A stretch of 47,217 nucleotides of DNA from a virus (IMGVR_UViG_3300033067_002201:1-47217); one strand, 5' to 3'. Counted from the stretch's first letter, positions 27,734 to 37,374 are shown. Translations and numbers: made by a program. Notes: generated from the letters alone by a model not told the origin.

Positions 27734-28648
27734 TCAAGCCCCGGCGTTGCCGTCCACGCCCCTCCACCCGAAGAAGGTGGTCTGGAGGCGCATTACCGCC
27801 ATGAAGCGCGCGGTACGGGTATCGAAATCATCCGAAGACTGGAGCTGAAGCTGTTTCCTCCAGATGAACCTCAAGTCATGGTCGGCCTTGTCGCCGGCCA
27901 AGAACCAAGCCGTGGTGCTGGTCAGGAAATGACTGACCATGAACTGCAGACCAGTGATCTCGGACGCGTTCTTCTCCATGTTGGCATTCTCAGGATTGTA
28001 CTCGCTCTTGATCAACTGCTCGGCCTTCCACCTCAGCTGGGGCGGAACGATCAACAGCTTCGGCTTGATCTTGAGGGGAATGCCCCGCTCGTTCGGGATC
28101 AGCTCGAACCTGTCCATCATCGCCTGAAGGCTGGTCATGGTCAGACTGGAAGCCGTGCTCGCATAGTTGGCGTACGTACCACCGCCTATGTGCGTATGAC
28201 TCGCGAACAGCGCGGCACCGTCGATGCCGACACGGGTGGTCGTCACGAAGCCGGCATTGAACAGATCCCAGAACTTCAACTCGCGTGTATACGCGGCCGA
28301 CTTTCCAAGCTCCGCAAAAGCCTTCTTCATGTACCCGGTGCGGTCGTCGTCGTACATGTTCCGCGTAATCGCAACACCGAGGGCAAAATCAGACGGCATG
28401 ACCGTCTTCTCATTCCCCTGCATGAAGCTGTCATACGAAACAGGTTCGCCTTCGCCGATGCCCTGCAATGCCTGCAGGCCTGCCATCTGGCCTTCCCTGA
28501 TATAAGCCCCGTCCATTGTGCTGACGTTGGCTACCTTGTCGAACTCCGTGTCCTGCCGACTGTAGTTGTCGAAGAACACGTTGGTGAAGTCCCGGCTGAT
28601 AAGCTGAGCAAATGCGCCGGTATTCATAACAGAAACAGATGCGGGCAT
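27734..28648 (-). CDS. major capsid protein (HK97 fold, Mu gpT-like family)
   Basis: GEGEPV-YD, FALG-AITR---DD, GIDG-ALF-SH, P--LIVPP-L---A, HFLT--TAWFL, DDFDT; 304 aa. Confidence 0.9.
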   Translation of the reverse strand: MPASVSVMNTGAFAQLISRDFTNVFFDNYSRQDTEFDKVANVSTMDGAYIREGQMAGLQALQGIGEGEPVSYDSFMQGNEKTVMPSDFALGVAITRNMYDDDRTGYMKKAFAELGKSAAYTRELKFWDLFNAGFVTTTRVGIDGAALFASHTHIGGGTYANYASTASSLTMTSLQAMMDRFELIPNERGIPLKIKPKLLIVPPQLRWKAEQLIKSEYNPENANMEKNASEITGLQFMVSHFLTSTTAWFLAGDKADHDLRFIWRKQLQLQSSDDFDTRTARFMAVMRLQTTFFGWRGVDGNAGA

Positions 28649-28662
28649 ACTTACTCCTTACC

Positions 28663-29133
28663 TTACGCCTGTCCGGTCCACTGGGACTTCGTCCAAATGA
28701 AGAGTACTCGTCCGTACGCTCCAACCTCGTTCTTGATGCCCGGCTCCATCATCAGAATACGTGCCACAGCCTGTGCGGTCGTAGTCGTCAGGAGCATTGC
28801 ACCGGTTGCGCCGTTGATGTCACGGCCAGTTCCCCAGTTGCCCGGCGTTGCAGACGAGCTATACTGGGCCGCGAAGATGAGATCCTCGGCGGCGGGAACC
28901 ATCAATATCTGCTTGCGTGTGGCCGCTACAGCGGTCACGGTGGTCTGGCATACGCCAAAGATCGCCGTCGAACCGACTACAGCCTTGTCCACCACACCGT
29001 TCGTAAGCAGTATCAATGCATCACCCGCTGTCAGGGCCAGATTCGACTTCGTCATGAACGTAAACAGAGGTACGATGCACCCTGCCGCGCCCTTGACACA
29101 AGTAAATCCATTGGGATTGTTCGTGTTTGCCAC
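28663..29133 (-). CDS. capsid decoration/cement protein
   Basis: MAN-NNPNGF start, GD...FGV; immediately upstream of the MCP gene. Confidence 0.7.
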   Translation of the reverse strand: MANTNNPNGFTCVKGAAGCIVPLFTFMTKSNLALTAGDALILLTNGVVDKAVVGSTAIFGVCQTTVTAVAATRKQILMVPAAEDLIFAAQYSSSATPGNWGTGRDINGATGAMLLTTTTAQAVARILMMEPGIKNEVGAYGRVLFIWTKSQWTGQA

Positions 29134-29187
29134 GATTGCTTCCTCCCCTCAGGTAAATGCAGAGGGGGGACAACGTCCCCCCAACTC

Positions 29188-29919
29188 TTAAAACCGTCCG
29201 CCTTCGTCAATCACCTTCATACGATGGTCACGGTCCAGTTTCGTATTAAGCTCCTCGACGTTTTCAGCGAACCGGCCTTTATTCGCGTTATACATCAGCC
29301 TGCTCTTCTCGGCCATATACTCCAGATACTTCTCGAACAGTTCGTTGGGGCATTCGACGGCAACAAGCTCGACCTTGTTGTTCTCGTCCATCAGCTTGAG
29401 CACTTCACCGTTCTCGTACCCCGGCTCCTGCTTCTCAAGCACCGCTTCCCCATACTTGTCCTTGGCCCCGGTTTCCTTCTGCTTCCTGATCTGCCTGTAC
29501 GGCCCCGCAAGCGCCGCGTCCAGTTCCAGCCCCGGACTCTTCCAGCACTGGTGCCAGCCCTTCCGTTCCCTGATCTTCAGCCTGAAGTCCGAGTTCATTC
29601 CCAGCGGATTCACCGGGTTGCTGATCTCGACCGTCGCCTTCTTCGCCTTTTCCTTCGCCTTGAACTGTGCCTTCAGGTAGTTCTTCAGGTTGTCATGGCT
29701 CAACTGCCTCTCGACCGTCTCGCTCAGTTCCCTGAATCCTTCTTCCGGCCATACCAGCTCAATCCCTTTGTCCAGATTGAATTGTAGCACCTGCTCGTCG
29801 GTCCTGTCAAAACCAACTTCCACCTTCTGCCGCTTTTCCTGCTTGGCGACACCACTTTTTCCCGTTCCTGCCGGCTTCGCCAGCGGATCCTCCACCGCCA
29901 CCTTCAACTCGTCACTCAT
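29188..29919 (-). CDS. hypothetical head-region protein
   Basis: Coupled ORF between the scaffold and decoration genes. Confidence 0.65.
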   Translation of the reverse strand: MSDELKVAVEDPLAKPAGTGKSGVAKQEKRQKVEVGFDRTDEQVLQFNLDKGIELVWPEEGFRELSETVERQLSHDNLKNYLKAQFKAKEKAKKATVEISNPVNPLGMNSDFRLKIRERKGWHQCWKSPGLELDAALAGPYRQIRKQKETGAKDKYGEAVLEKQEPGYENGEVLKLMDENNKVELVAVECPNELFEKYLEYMAEKSRLMYNANKGRFAENVEELNTKLDRDHRMKVIDEGGRF

Positions 29920-30722
29920 TTCGCCCTCCTAGGATGGTTCCTCAGCCATGACTGGACGGCGTTCGGATCCCTCGGATCCATTCCCAAGTCCAGCATCCTC
30001 TGCTTCTCGCTTTCAAACAGCTTCAGCGTCTGCCTCTCGGCAGGCTGGCCTCCACCGCCCGCGCCTGCCCTCTGCCCCAGACTTTGCACCGCCGGTTGCC
30101 TCTGTCCCTGCTTTGGCTGGTACGTCGCCGGATCCAAGCCCAGTTCCTGCATGATCTCAAGCTTCATCTGGTCCTTGAGCGCCAGCTTCTGCTCCTCGAA
30201 AATCTCGGGCTGTTTCTCCAGCAACACCTGCTTGTACGCCACCTCGTACACATCCGGTGTCTGCGGCAACCTGCTCGCGGTTGCTTCGATCTCCTTCTCG
30301 TACTTGCGGAAGGTCTGTCCCCGCTCCGGATCGACCCGCATCAACTGCTTGGCCTGACCCAGAATGATTCCCGCCATCCTGTTCACGACTGGCGCATACT
30401 CGCGGCTCGACACCGCTTTCATCACCTGTCCGAACTTGCCCGGCAAGAACGCTTCCTGTTCCATCCTCGCGTAGAACTCGTCGTCCGTTTCACCGGGTTG
30501 CTGGACATTGGCCGGCTGTTGCTGGCCCATCTTCTCGACCAACCCGCTCAGCGGACTCACAAGCGCCTGTGTCGCCTCACTCCTTCTGACCAGCTCCTGA
30601 TACTCGGCATCCGTCAGCGTCTTTCCTGCCGGCATCTGTTCGACCGGCTTCTCCTCGATCGGTTCGCCATCCTGCACGAACATCACATCGAAGTCATTGG
30701 CCTGTACGTCATCATCCGCCAT
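29916..30722 (-). CDS. putative scaffolding protein
   Basis: Acidic N-terminus, helical Q/E-rich body, basic C-terminus; position. Confidence 0.6.
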   Translation of the reverse strand: MADDDVQANDFDVMFVQDGEPIEEKPVEQMPAGKTLTDAEYQELVRRSEATQALVSPLSGLVEKMGQQQPANVQQPGETDDEFYARMEQEAFLPGKFGQVMKAVSSREYAPVVNRMAGIILGQAKQLMRVDPERGQTFRKYEKEIEATASRLPQTPDVYEVAYKQVLLEKQPEIFEEQKLALKDQMKLEIMQELGLDPATYQPKQGQRQPAVQSLGQRAGAGGGGQPAERQTLKLFESEKQRMLDLGMDPRDPNAVQSWLRNHPRRAK

Positions 30723-30731
30723 ACATTCCCC

Positions 30732-31031
30732 CTAGAAATCCATCTCGACTTGCGTTTCAGCTTCTTCCCGCATGTCGCCATCCTCACGCTCGACACCGTC
30801 GAACGCAATGAACTCCTTCATCCGCAACCCCAGCTTCCCAAGCCCGTCCAGCGCACCCTGCGCAAACCTCAACTGTTCAAGCGAACTGGCCGGATCATGC
30901 AACACGTTCTCATACTCCTGTGCATTCATCACCATCAGCCTGTTCACCAGAGACGCCCCGGGTGAATCCGGAAAGAAACCCTGAAACCCGCTCAACTCAC
31001 CACTTGAAAACTCCACTCCCAAATACCTCAT
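30732..31031 (-). CDS. small post-portal protein (Bbp19-like)
   Basis: LRFAQGALDGL motif; position. Confidence 0.5.
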   Translation of the reverse strand: MRYLGVEFSSGELSGFQGFFPDSPGASLVNRLMVMNAQEYENVLHDPASSLEQLRFAQGALDGLGKLGLRMKEFIAFDGVEREDGDMREEAETQVEMDF

Positions 31032-31043
31032 CCCGCACTCCTT

Positions 31044-31622
31044 CTATTTGACAAACGAGAACCTGAAAGGCTTCCGCTTTTCCCTTTCGGGATCCATGGC
31101 CTCCACCCGCTCACCCTTGATCTGCTCGATCTGGTCCACCATTCCACGTCCAGCTGGACTGTACGGATCAACCATAGAACCAGTATCCATGCCGAACTTC
31201 GGATCAACCGCACCCATTTTGTCCCCGCCAAAGTTGTCCCTTCCCTCGGCAGGCCTGTCCCCGTACAGACCACCGACAGTCCTTCTGGTATAATCCTGCC
31301 TTCTGTCGATTTCCTCGATGGCCGACCTCAATCCCTCAAGCCTTCTCTTGTCAGTACCGGCACTATACGCCTTCACCCACAATGTATGCAGTTCCTTCTT
31401 CTTTGCCTCGAGCTTGTCCTGCAAGTTGAAATAATCAAAATTGCCTATTTCCTGCCTTGTCCGCTCGCTCCGTGGATCCTTTGCCGGTCCCCCAAGCGCG
31501 TACGTATTGACCTTCTGGAACAAGCTCTGTATCTCACCCAATTCGTCAGGATGCCAGAATGCCGGATCAAGTGCGGTTGCAATGTCCCGCACACTTCCAT
31601 TTCCTGTCGGATCCATCGCCAC
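31044..31622 (-). CDS. hypothetical protein
   Basis: ORF with RBS between portal and scaffold. Confidence 0.6.
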   Translation of the reverse strand: MAMDPTGNGSVRDIATALDPAFWHPDELGEIQSLFQKVNTYALGGPAKDPRSERTRQEIGNFDYFNLQDKLEAKKKELHTLWVKAYSAGTDKRRLEGLRSAIEEIDRRQDYTRRTVGGLYGDRPAEGRDNFGGDKMGAVDPKFGMDTGSMVDPYSPAGRGMVDQIEQIKGERVEAMDPEREKRKPFRFSFVK

Positions 31623-31627
31623 ACCCC

Positions 31628-33685
31628 CTACATCGGAAGACCGGCGGCTCCGCCGCCGGGGATCATCATTGAGGCAGGATTCCCTTCACCCCCCGCTCCG
31701 GGGCGGGTTTCAGGACTCGGAAGACCGGGGCCTTCGGCCCCGGGGAAGCCCCCGGGAGAGCCGGCCCCTGCGGGGCCGGGGCCAGTCGGGGAGCCACCCA
31801 ATGGAACAGAAGAAGCACCTGCGAACGACTGGCCTATCGAGCCGAGTGTATCCAGAAGCTGGTCGACCATGGTCTGATCGGGCACATATTCCTGACTGTC
31901 CTTGACCCCGAAGAACTTGAACACGTCCTCCATCAACCGTCCGGAACCCAGCATCACCCTCTGCATGTACTTGTACATCTCTGGTGCGGTCTGCATCATC
32001 TGCTGGCCTTGCGGTCCGTACAACTGCATCGCAAGCGGCATCGTCTGCTGGGCAAACTGCGCATAGATCTGCGTCAGCGCCATCATGTTCTGCCTCTGCT
32101 GTTCAAACGTCTTCTCGGCATCCGTCGTCCGAACCGTGAAGCTCAGACGCATGGGTACGTCCGTGAGTTCCATTCCAAGGGCTTCTTCCAGCAATCCAAG
32201 CTCCTTCTCGTCAAGCCTCATCGCCTTCCGTTCCTTGTCCATCACCCTTTCTTTGTTCGCCACGCACTGCATCCATACCAGCATTCCAATCTGGCTCCAC
32301 GTGCTCTTCAACCCTTCAATGACACTTCCAAGTATCGAGTCACCCTGTTGCAGGCGCATCGCCTGACCCCTTGCGGTATCCCTCGAACCAAGCGTCGAGT
32401 CAGCGAAACCCATCTGGTTATCACTCAAACCGATTGCCTTCTGCCCGATCGACCAGCTTTTGTTCTCGGCATTCTGGATGCTTGGATAGATCTCGCCAAT
32501 CGGAATGGACGCCATATCTTCCCTCGGGTTGTCCAGCTGGAAGACCTTGCCCGGCCAGATCTCGATCTCTTTCGCAAACCCCGCATTCCTCTTTGTCGCA
32601 AACATCCTCATGTTCGCGATCTTCATGTTGTCATTCGCGAGGTTGTGGACGCTCGTCGCTTCATCATTCATCGATTCCGTCATCTGGCCGGTTCCCCGTC
32701 CAGTCAGCGCGAACGGCCGATGGATGTACTTGGCTGGAACCACAAACCTCTGCCCAAGCGTATTGTACTGCTGGCGAAGGACAGTACCAGTCGGTACATG
32801 GATGGTGAAGAACAAGTCAACCGGAACGCCTGAGTTGTCGATGTCCCAGTAGAACCAGAACTCGGTGATGTCGTACAGACCGGTCTGTTCAGCCTCGTCG
32901 AACCACTCGGCCTTCTGCCTCTGGCTCTCCATATCGGTTGCGCTTGTCCTGACTTCCTTGATTATCTTCGCAACCGCTTCGCTGTCGTACTCCGCGTGTG
33001 CGGCCATCTGCCGCAACTCATACTCAGTCAGCGGAGTATCCAGCCCGATCCAAGGCAACCGGCTGATCTTGCCGATACCCCGCCTGTACTTGCACCGCTC
33101 GACCGGAATGACGACAATCTGCGGTCCGTCATGGAAAGTAACATCCTTTTCCCCATATATCGGGTCAATCACCCGCCACCTGTCGGTCGACCAGATCACC
33201 TTCGGGAATGCTCCGCCAACCAGCACCGCTTCGCCGAACAGGTCCTTCTTAACCTCTTCCAGATCAAGATCATTGGGACTTTCAGCCAGTAAATTGAGGT
33301 ACTTCTGTATGACCTTGTGCATCTCGATGCTGTGGCTGTCCGCACGCTGGCTCGACACCGTCCAGAACGGATCCCTCGCATCGAATGTGCCTTTGACTTT
33401 CGCAAGCAAACTCTGCGTCAGCGTCTGTGTGAGCGGAACCGTAATATTCGAGGCATTCTTCATCGGCTGGCTCTTGGGCGCATCGCTCGCGAGCGCCTCC
33501 ATTGTCTGACGCCACTTGATTACCTTCTTGTTCCGGCCTTCCATCTCGGAAGCGGCCTTCTCATACTCTGTCTTCAGGTAGCTGACAGCCTTGTCGAGCG
33601 CATCGCCTGTCAGGATCTCCTGAAACTCGCTTACAGGCAGGCCTGACTCGTCAGGAACCACCTCTATCGTCATGGAATCGCTCAT
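31628..33685 (-). CDS. portal protein
   Basis: 685 aa after TerL; ASNITVPLT, G--FPKV-W, G-G--TE-...TARG-AM; G/P-rich tail. Confidence 0.85.
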   Translation of the reverse strand: MSDSMTIEVVPDESGLPVSEFQEILTGDALDKAVSYLKTEYEKAASEMEGRNKKVIKWRQTMEALASDAPKSQPMKNASNITVPLTQTLTQSLLAKVKGTFDARDPFWTVSSQRADSHSIEMHKVIQKYLNLLAESPNDLDLEEVKKDLFGEAVLVGGAFPKVIWSTDRWRVIDPIYGEKDVTFHDGPQIVVIPVERCKYRRGIGKISRLPWIGLDTPLTEYELRQMAAHAEYDSEAVAKIIKEVRTSATDMESQRQKAEWFDEAEQTGLYDITEFWFYWDIDNSGVPVDLFFTIHVPTGTVLRQQYNTLGQRFVVPAKYIHRPFALTGRGTGQMTESMNDEATSVHNLANDNMKIANMRMFATKRNAGFAKEIEIWPGKVFQLDNPREDMASIPIGEIYPSIQNAENKSWSIGQKAIGLSDNQMGFADSTLGSRDTARGQAMRLQQGDSILGSVIEGLKSTWSQIGMLVWMQCVANKERVMDKERKAMRLDEKELGLLEEALGMELTDVPMRLSFTVRTTDAEKTFEQQRQNMMALTQIYAQFAQQTMPLAMQLYGPQGQQMMQTAPEMYKYMQRVMLGSGRLMEDVFKFFGVKDSQEYVPDQTMVDQLLDTLGSIGQSFAGASSVPLGGSPTGPGPAGAGSPGGFPGAEGPGLPSPETRPGAGGEGNPASMMIPGGGAAGLPM

Positions 33686-33696
33686 ATTCGCTCCTT

Positions 33697-35475
33697 TCAG
33701 TACCCAAACGCGCTGAATGTGCCATCAGCATGCGCCATTTCCTCTTCCCTGTAAAGCCTCTCCGCCTTGTCGGTGGGATCTTCCGGCTGTTTCGTGTATG
33801 TTATACCCTTTTCACTCTCATCCATCACGTCCATCTTGCTCTCGCTCATCGGAAACAGCCTCAACTCTTCCCTCAGCTCCCGTCCGGCCTCGGCAGTCGC
33901 CCAAAGCCTGCCTTTCGAGAGGTAGGTGCCGAATGCAACCCTTATCCGAGCCTTTTTATCGCCTGCCGCCTGAACACCTTGGCAGTTTATGTAGGTTCCA
34001 CGCTCAAACTGCTCGCGGTCTAGGTACTCTTTCAGCACTTTTTGATAGGCATTCACCTCGACAATCGTCTGACGGATGTAACCAGCAAGGACCTTGTGCC
34101 CTTCGAAGACATAATCGACCGTCTGGTGCTGGTTGAAGAAGCCAACCCTCGACCAGATGCGGTATTTGTTGTCATGGGCGTCAGTAGCCCACACACCGAT
34201 GCTCGTCCGGCAGGTCTTTGCACTGATTCCCCTATCCGTTGCGGCAGGATCGATCGACATTGCCACGTCACAGTCACCCAAACGCACGACACGGTCCTCT
34301 TTCCTGCCGAAATTGTCGCCCAGCTTGATGATGATCCACTCGCCTTCATCGAAAACGAGCTTGCATTCACCTACTTCGGCAAGCGCAAACTCTGCCAGAC
34401 CCGCCTTGTAGGGCGAATTGTACCACTGCGTCATCGCGGCCCACGGATCATCAATCATCAGGCGGTCGAGTTTCTCTTTATTCATCACACCCGGGCGGAT
34501 ATAAAGCCCATTCTCTTCAACCAGACGGTAATAGATGTTCCATTCCCCGCCTGCAACAGGCTGGAGGTCACCTTGAGTCCAACCCCTGATTGTCTTGCAT
34601 GAGTCATAGATGCGCTGGTAGCAGTCATCAATGGCATATCTGGTGGCAACAACGCCGACCCTTGCCGATTGGTCGCTCTTCAAAGCGTCAAGGTTCGTTC
34701 CGAGCCACTTCTTAGCCTGTTCCATGTTCATGTTGCCGGCCCTTGACGCATTCAAACTGTCAAGACCAACGAGGTCGTCCATGCAGATCCGGGTGTAGTG
34801 ACCACCCTCGGCCGCACCGCTTACACCAAGTGCCTTCACAGAGGGTTCCACGTAGTTCTTGGTCCGGTTGGGCATGATGAGGCCCTTCATCGAGAGCTGG
34901 CCGGACTTCGAACTGAACCTGCAATGGTTTGGGTAGAGGAAGCGCATCAGCGAGTTCTGGCTGAAGTTGTTGGCAATGATCGTCATGAACTCTTCGGCCT
35001 TCTCGGCGATGCCATTGACGATGACGATCCGCTCGTCAGGGTTCCGCAAAAGGTCCCACGTGTTTCCGCCATGGTCGAAGACAGTCGACTTGTACATGTT
35101 TCTGGGAATGAATGCCGCCGCCATGGCACCGGGTGCTTCCCATTCATCGGACTGCCGGGTGTTGCACATGTCGATGGAAAGGGAATCGGTAAGGCGGTCG
35201 TAGGGACCGGACGCCGAACAGACGCAGGCGAGGAAGAACCAGAGGCTGACGTAGCCGGTCTGCTGTATAAGGTTGAAGGCTTCCTTGTTCGGGCTAAAGT
35301 TCGGCGATTCCATCTCGCCGACGATCTGCAGGAAGACCTTCTCCGCGTCGGACGGTACGTTGTAGGCGGGTGCCAGCAGATGGGGCCGGATGGCGAAGGG
35401 ACCGATGAAATAAGGGACAGGCTGGACGTCGACCGCAAGGAGTGGGGAAACGGCCTTCGCCTTCACCTGTCCCAT
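33697..35475 (-). CDS. terL: terminase large subunit
   Basis: Walker A-like PRNMYKST, Walker B ICMDDL, ATRY--DD, nuclease SIDPA, IVE-NAYQ, K-ARI, FP----D-MD. Confidence 0.9.
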   Translation of the reverse strand: MGQVKAKAVSPLLAVDVQPVPYFIGPFAIRPHLLAPAYNVPSDAEKVFLQIVGEMESPNFSPNKEAFNLIQQTGYVSLWFFLACVCSASGPYDRLTDSLSIDMCNTRQSDEWEAPGAMAAAFIPRNMYKSTVFDHGGNTWDLLRNPDERIVIVNGIAEKAEEFMTIIANNFSQNSLMRFLYPNHCRFSSKSGQLSMKGLIMPNRTKNYVEPSVKALGVSGAAEGGHYTRICMDDLVGLDSLNASRAGNMNMEQAKKWLGTNLDALKSDQSARVGVVATRYAIDDCYQRIYDSCKTIRGWTQGDLQPVAGGEWNIYYRLVEENGLYIRPGVMNKEKLDRLMIDDPWAAMTQWYNSPYKAGLAEFALAEVGECKLVFDEGEWIIIKLGDNFGRKEDRVVRLGDCDVAMSIDPAATDRGISAKTCRTSIGVWATDAHDNKYRIWSRVGFFNQHQTVDYVFEGHKVLAGYIRQTIVEVNAYQKVLKEYLDREQFERGTYINCQGVQAAGDKKARIRVAFGTYLSKGRLWATAEAGRELREELRLFPMSESKMDVMDESEKGITYTKQPEDPTDKAERLYREEEMAHADGTFSAFGY

Positions 35476-35478
35476 TCC

Positions 35479-35694
35479 CTAGATCCTGCCCAAGAAGGGT
35501 TCCTTGTTCCGTGCTTCATGTGCTTCTGCCGCATGGAGACGGAACTGTTCAAGCGAGGTGCAGGCCTGTCCGCAGACAGCGCACGTGTAGTTGGTCCCGC
35601 TTACGAATGAGCGCTGACGCAACACCGACATGTCGGGCGCGGCCATCTTTACCCGTGACTGGGTCGTTTTCCTCGACTCATATGTTACTGCCAT
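35479..35694 (-). CDS. small C2H2 zinc-finger protein
   Basis: YTCAVCGQACTSLEQFRLHAAEAH; RBS AGGAGG. Confidence 0.7.
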   Translation of the reverse strand: MAVTYESRKTTQSRVKMAAPDMSVLRQRSFVSGTNYTCAVCGQACTSLEQFRLHAAEAHEARNKEPFLGRI

Positions 35695-35816
35695 TTACTG
35701 CCTCCTGTCTCTCGAAACCGAGAGCCGTGAACGTCTCTCCTTCAGGTGGCGGGGGCAGGTTTGAAATGTGGAGCAGAGTGATTTCCTCTTCCCCCTCTTC
35801 CTCTTCCTCGAGACGG

Positions 35817-36230
35817 TCATGGCTCATTGGTTTCTCCTATCGGGTGGATGACGGGTACTGCCCGTTTCAGTTCGGTATGCCGGTGGTCGACGACCATCGA
35901 AAACATCTTTCCAAGGCCTTCCATGAGGACGCCGAGGGCTTCGGCAGGTATGCTCTGGTCTTGGGTAGAGCCTGCTACCATCTGCTTGGTTGCTGGTGAG
36001 CGGTCGAGGATCGCCTCTGCCGCCGCCAGACGCTCCTTGGGTGCGCCGAAGTCGAGGACTTCCTCTAGGGTATCGACTGCCTTGTTCGTGATGGAGAGAA
36101 GCTTGCGCTCGGCGGATTGCTTGACCGGCTGGATGCTGTCCTCGACGGAAGAGACTGCGAGGTACTTGTTTGACTCCTGCTCGTCTTTCCGCAAGCGATT
36201 GAGCAGGGCAGGAGGCAGGCTGGAAGGCAT
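35817..36230 (-). CDS. putative terminase small subunit
   Basis: AVDTLEEVL...RLAAAEAILDRS motif; upstream of TerL. Confidence 0.6.
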   Translation of the reverse strand: MPSSLPPALLNRLRKDEQESNKYLAVSSVEDSIQPVKQSAERKLLSITNKAVDTLEEVLDFGAPKERLAAAEAILDRSPATKQMVAGSTQDQSIPAEALGVLMEGLGKMFSMVVDHRHTELKRAVPVIHPIGETNEP

Positions 36231-36521
36231 CTAAAGGATCTCGTAGACGGCTAGGAAAGACGCAACGTCAGGGTACGTCTCGTAGCCGGAAGGCGTTTTT
36301 ACGAGGACGTTGCCTGCGTAGAGGGTGAAATGCGAGCCGGAATGTTCAAACTTGATGACCATGGTAGTCAGGTCGCCCGACTGGCCGAGGTCCAAGGAGA
36401 AGGGCCGCACATCCAATGACTGGAGGTTCGAGATGGTTTCGAACTCGCGCTTGACCTCGAAGGCGGAGACGACGGGGAAGGTGATGGTTTGGTCGGGTTT
36501 CTTTGCGCTGTAGATGGGCAT
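36231..36521 (-). CDS. hypothetical protein, first gene of the late operon
   Basis: ATG at 36521 after AAGGAG; stop abuts the TerS start. Confidence 0.65.
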   Translation of the reverse strand: MPIYSAKKPDQTITFPVVSAFEVKREFETISNLQSLDVRPFSLDLGQSGDLTTMVIKFEHSGSHFTLYAGNVLVKTPSGYETYPDVASFLAVYEIL

Positions 36522-36539
36522 GGTTGGCTCCTTTAATTG

Positions 36540-36568
36540 ATTGTACAGCATGCGCGCGCTGAAGTCAA
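36540..36568 (-). promoter_or_regulatory. sigma70-type promoter of the late operon
   Basis: TTGACT-17 bp-TACAAT on the minus strand, just upstream of the RBS; spacer has CAGC...GCTG dyad symmetry. Confidence 0.7.
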
Positions 36569-37033
36569 CGGTGTTTCCAAAAGTGTCAAAGGTTGCAGGT
36601 ATTTCGGGTTGGATGCGGGGGGTTCTTATGCCCGCGCACCCCCCTGTCCGAAACGTGCCACGGGGGTCTGGTGATATAAAAATAGCATGATAAATTAATC
36701 ATGTTAATTAATATTTTTTAATGGGGTGTGCAATTTTGCACATGATTCTGTCTACTTGCACGTTTTTCGGCGCGTAATTCTTTACTACACAATGAATTAG
36801 CTACGGTGTGCAAAAATGCACTTTTTTTCAAAAATGCACACCCCAGAATGGAGATTGTGACAGAAAAATAACCTGTGCAAAACTTGTGGATAACTTTTCT
36901 TTTCCACAGGTTGTCCACAGGTTGTCCACAGGCAATCGTCCCCCGCGCAGGCACGTGACGCGCGCGTAGGATTATCCTCTTAAGACTTAATTCTTTTAAG
37001 ATATTATATGCTAATTATATACCTCTTTTATCA

Positions 37034-37057
37034 ATATATATTATATATATATATATA
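37034..37057. repeat. (TA)n tract within the AT-rich core
   Basis: ATATATATTATATATATATATATA. Confidence 0.8.
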
Positions 37058-37261
37058 CTAACTCTATATAAGATAAGAAACTATGAGAAAAAGAATTGTT
37101 TGGAGAAAAGAAAATGAGCAGAGACGTTCCAGAAAAGAGAGAATCAGGGGATTTTAATTAAATTAATTCTATCTCTTTATCCTACAAGGAACTAACAGAA
37201 TATTATTGTTGATATAATAGGCATAGCACTGGTATATATTTACTGGAATAATTACTTAAAT

Positions 37262-37300
37262 CCCGCACGTACCCGCACCCGCACCCACGCACCCGACCCC
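37262..37300 (+). repeat. degenerate GCACCC tandem repeat
   Basis: cccgcacgtacccgcacccgcacccacgcacccgacccc, between the AT-rich core and the right box cluster. Confidence 0.6.
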
Positions 37301-37358
37301 TTTCCCCACTTTTTCCACAACTTTTCCACAGCCGGTAAAACCTGTGCAAAACCCACTT

Positions 37359-37374
37359 TGGCACGGCGATTGCA
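37359..37374 (+). promoter_or_regulatory. sigma54 (RpoN) -24/-12 promoter
   Basis: TGGCAC-GGCGA-TTGCA, exact consensus and spacing, about 95 bp upstream of the first early gene. Confidence 0.65.

Larger units (their letters stand above)
36727..37351. promoter_or_regulatory. putative replication origin: DnaA-box arrays flanking an AT-rich element
   Basis: TTWTNCACA or 1-mismatch boxes at 36734, 36807(-), 36874(-), 36885(-, perfect TTATCCACA), 36900, 36911, 36922, 37311, 37322, 37343(-); AT-rich core about 36970-37260. Confidence 0.65.

Noticed and set aside
27692-29191. 499-aa plus-strand ORF and other long antisense ORFs (1287-2342, 2320-3345, 24366-25460, 28639-29787)
   Set aside because: They mirror well-supported genes on the opposite strand; typical shadow ORFs of GC3-rich DNA with no motifs
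36645-36660. Minus-strand TGGCAC as a late sigma54 promoter
   Set aside because: No TTGC -12 element follows, and a good sigma70 promoter exists at 36540-36568
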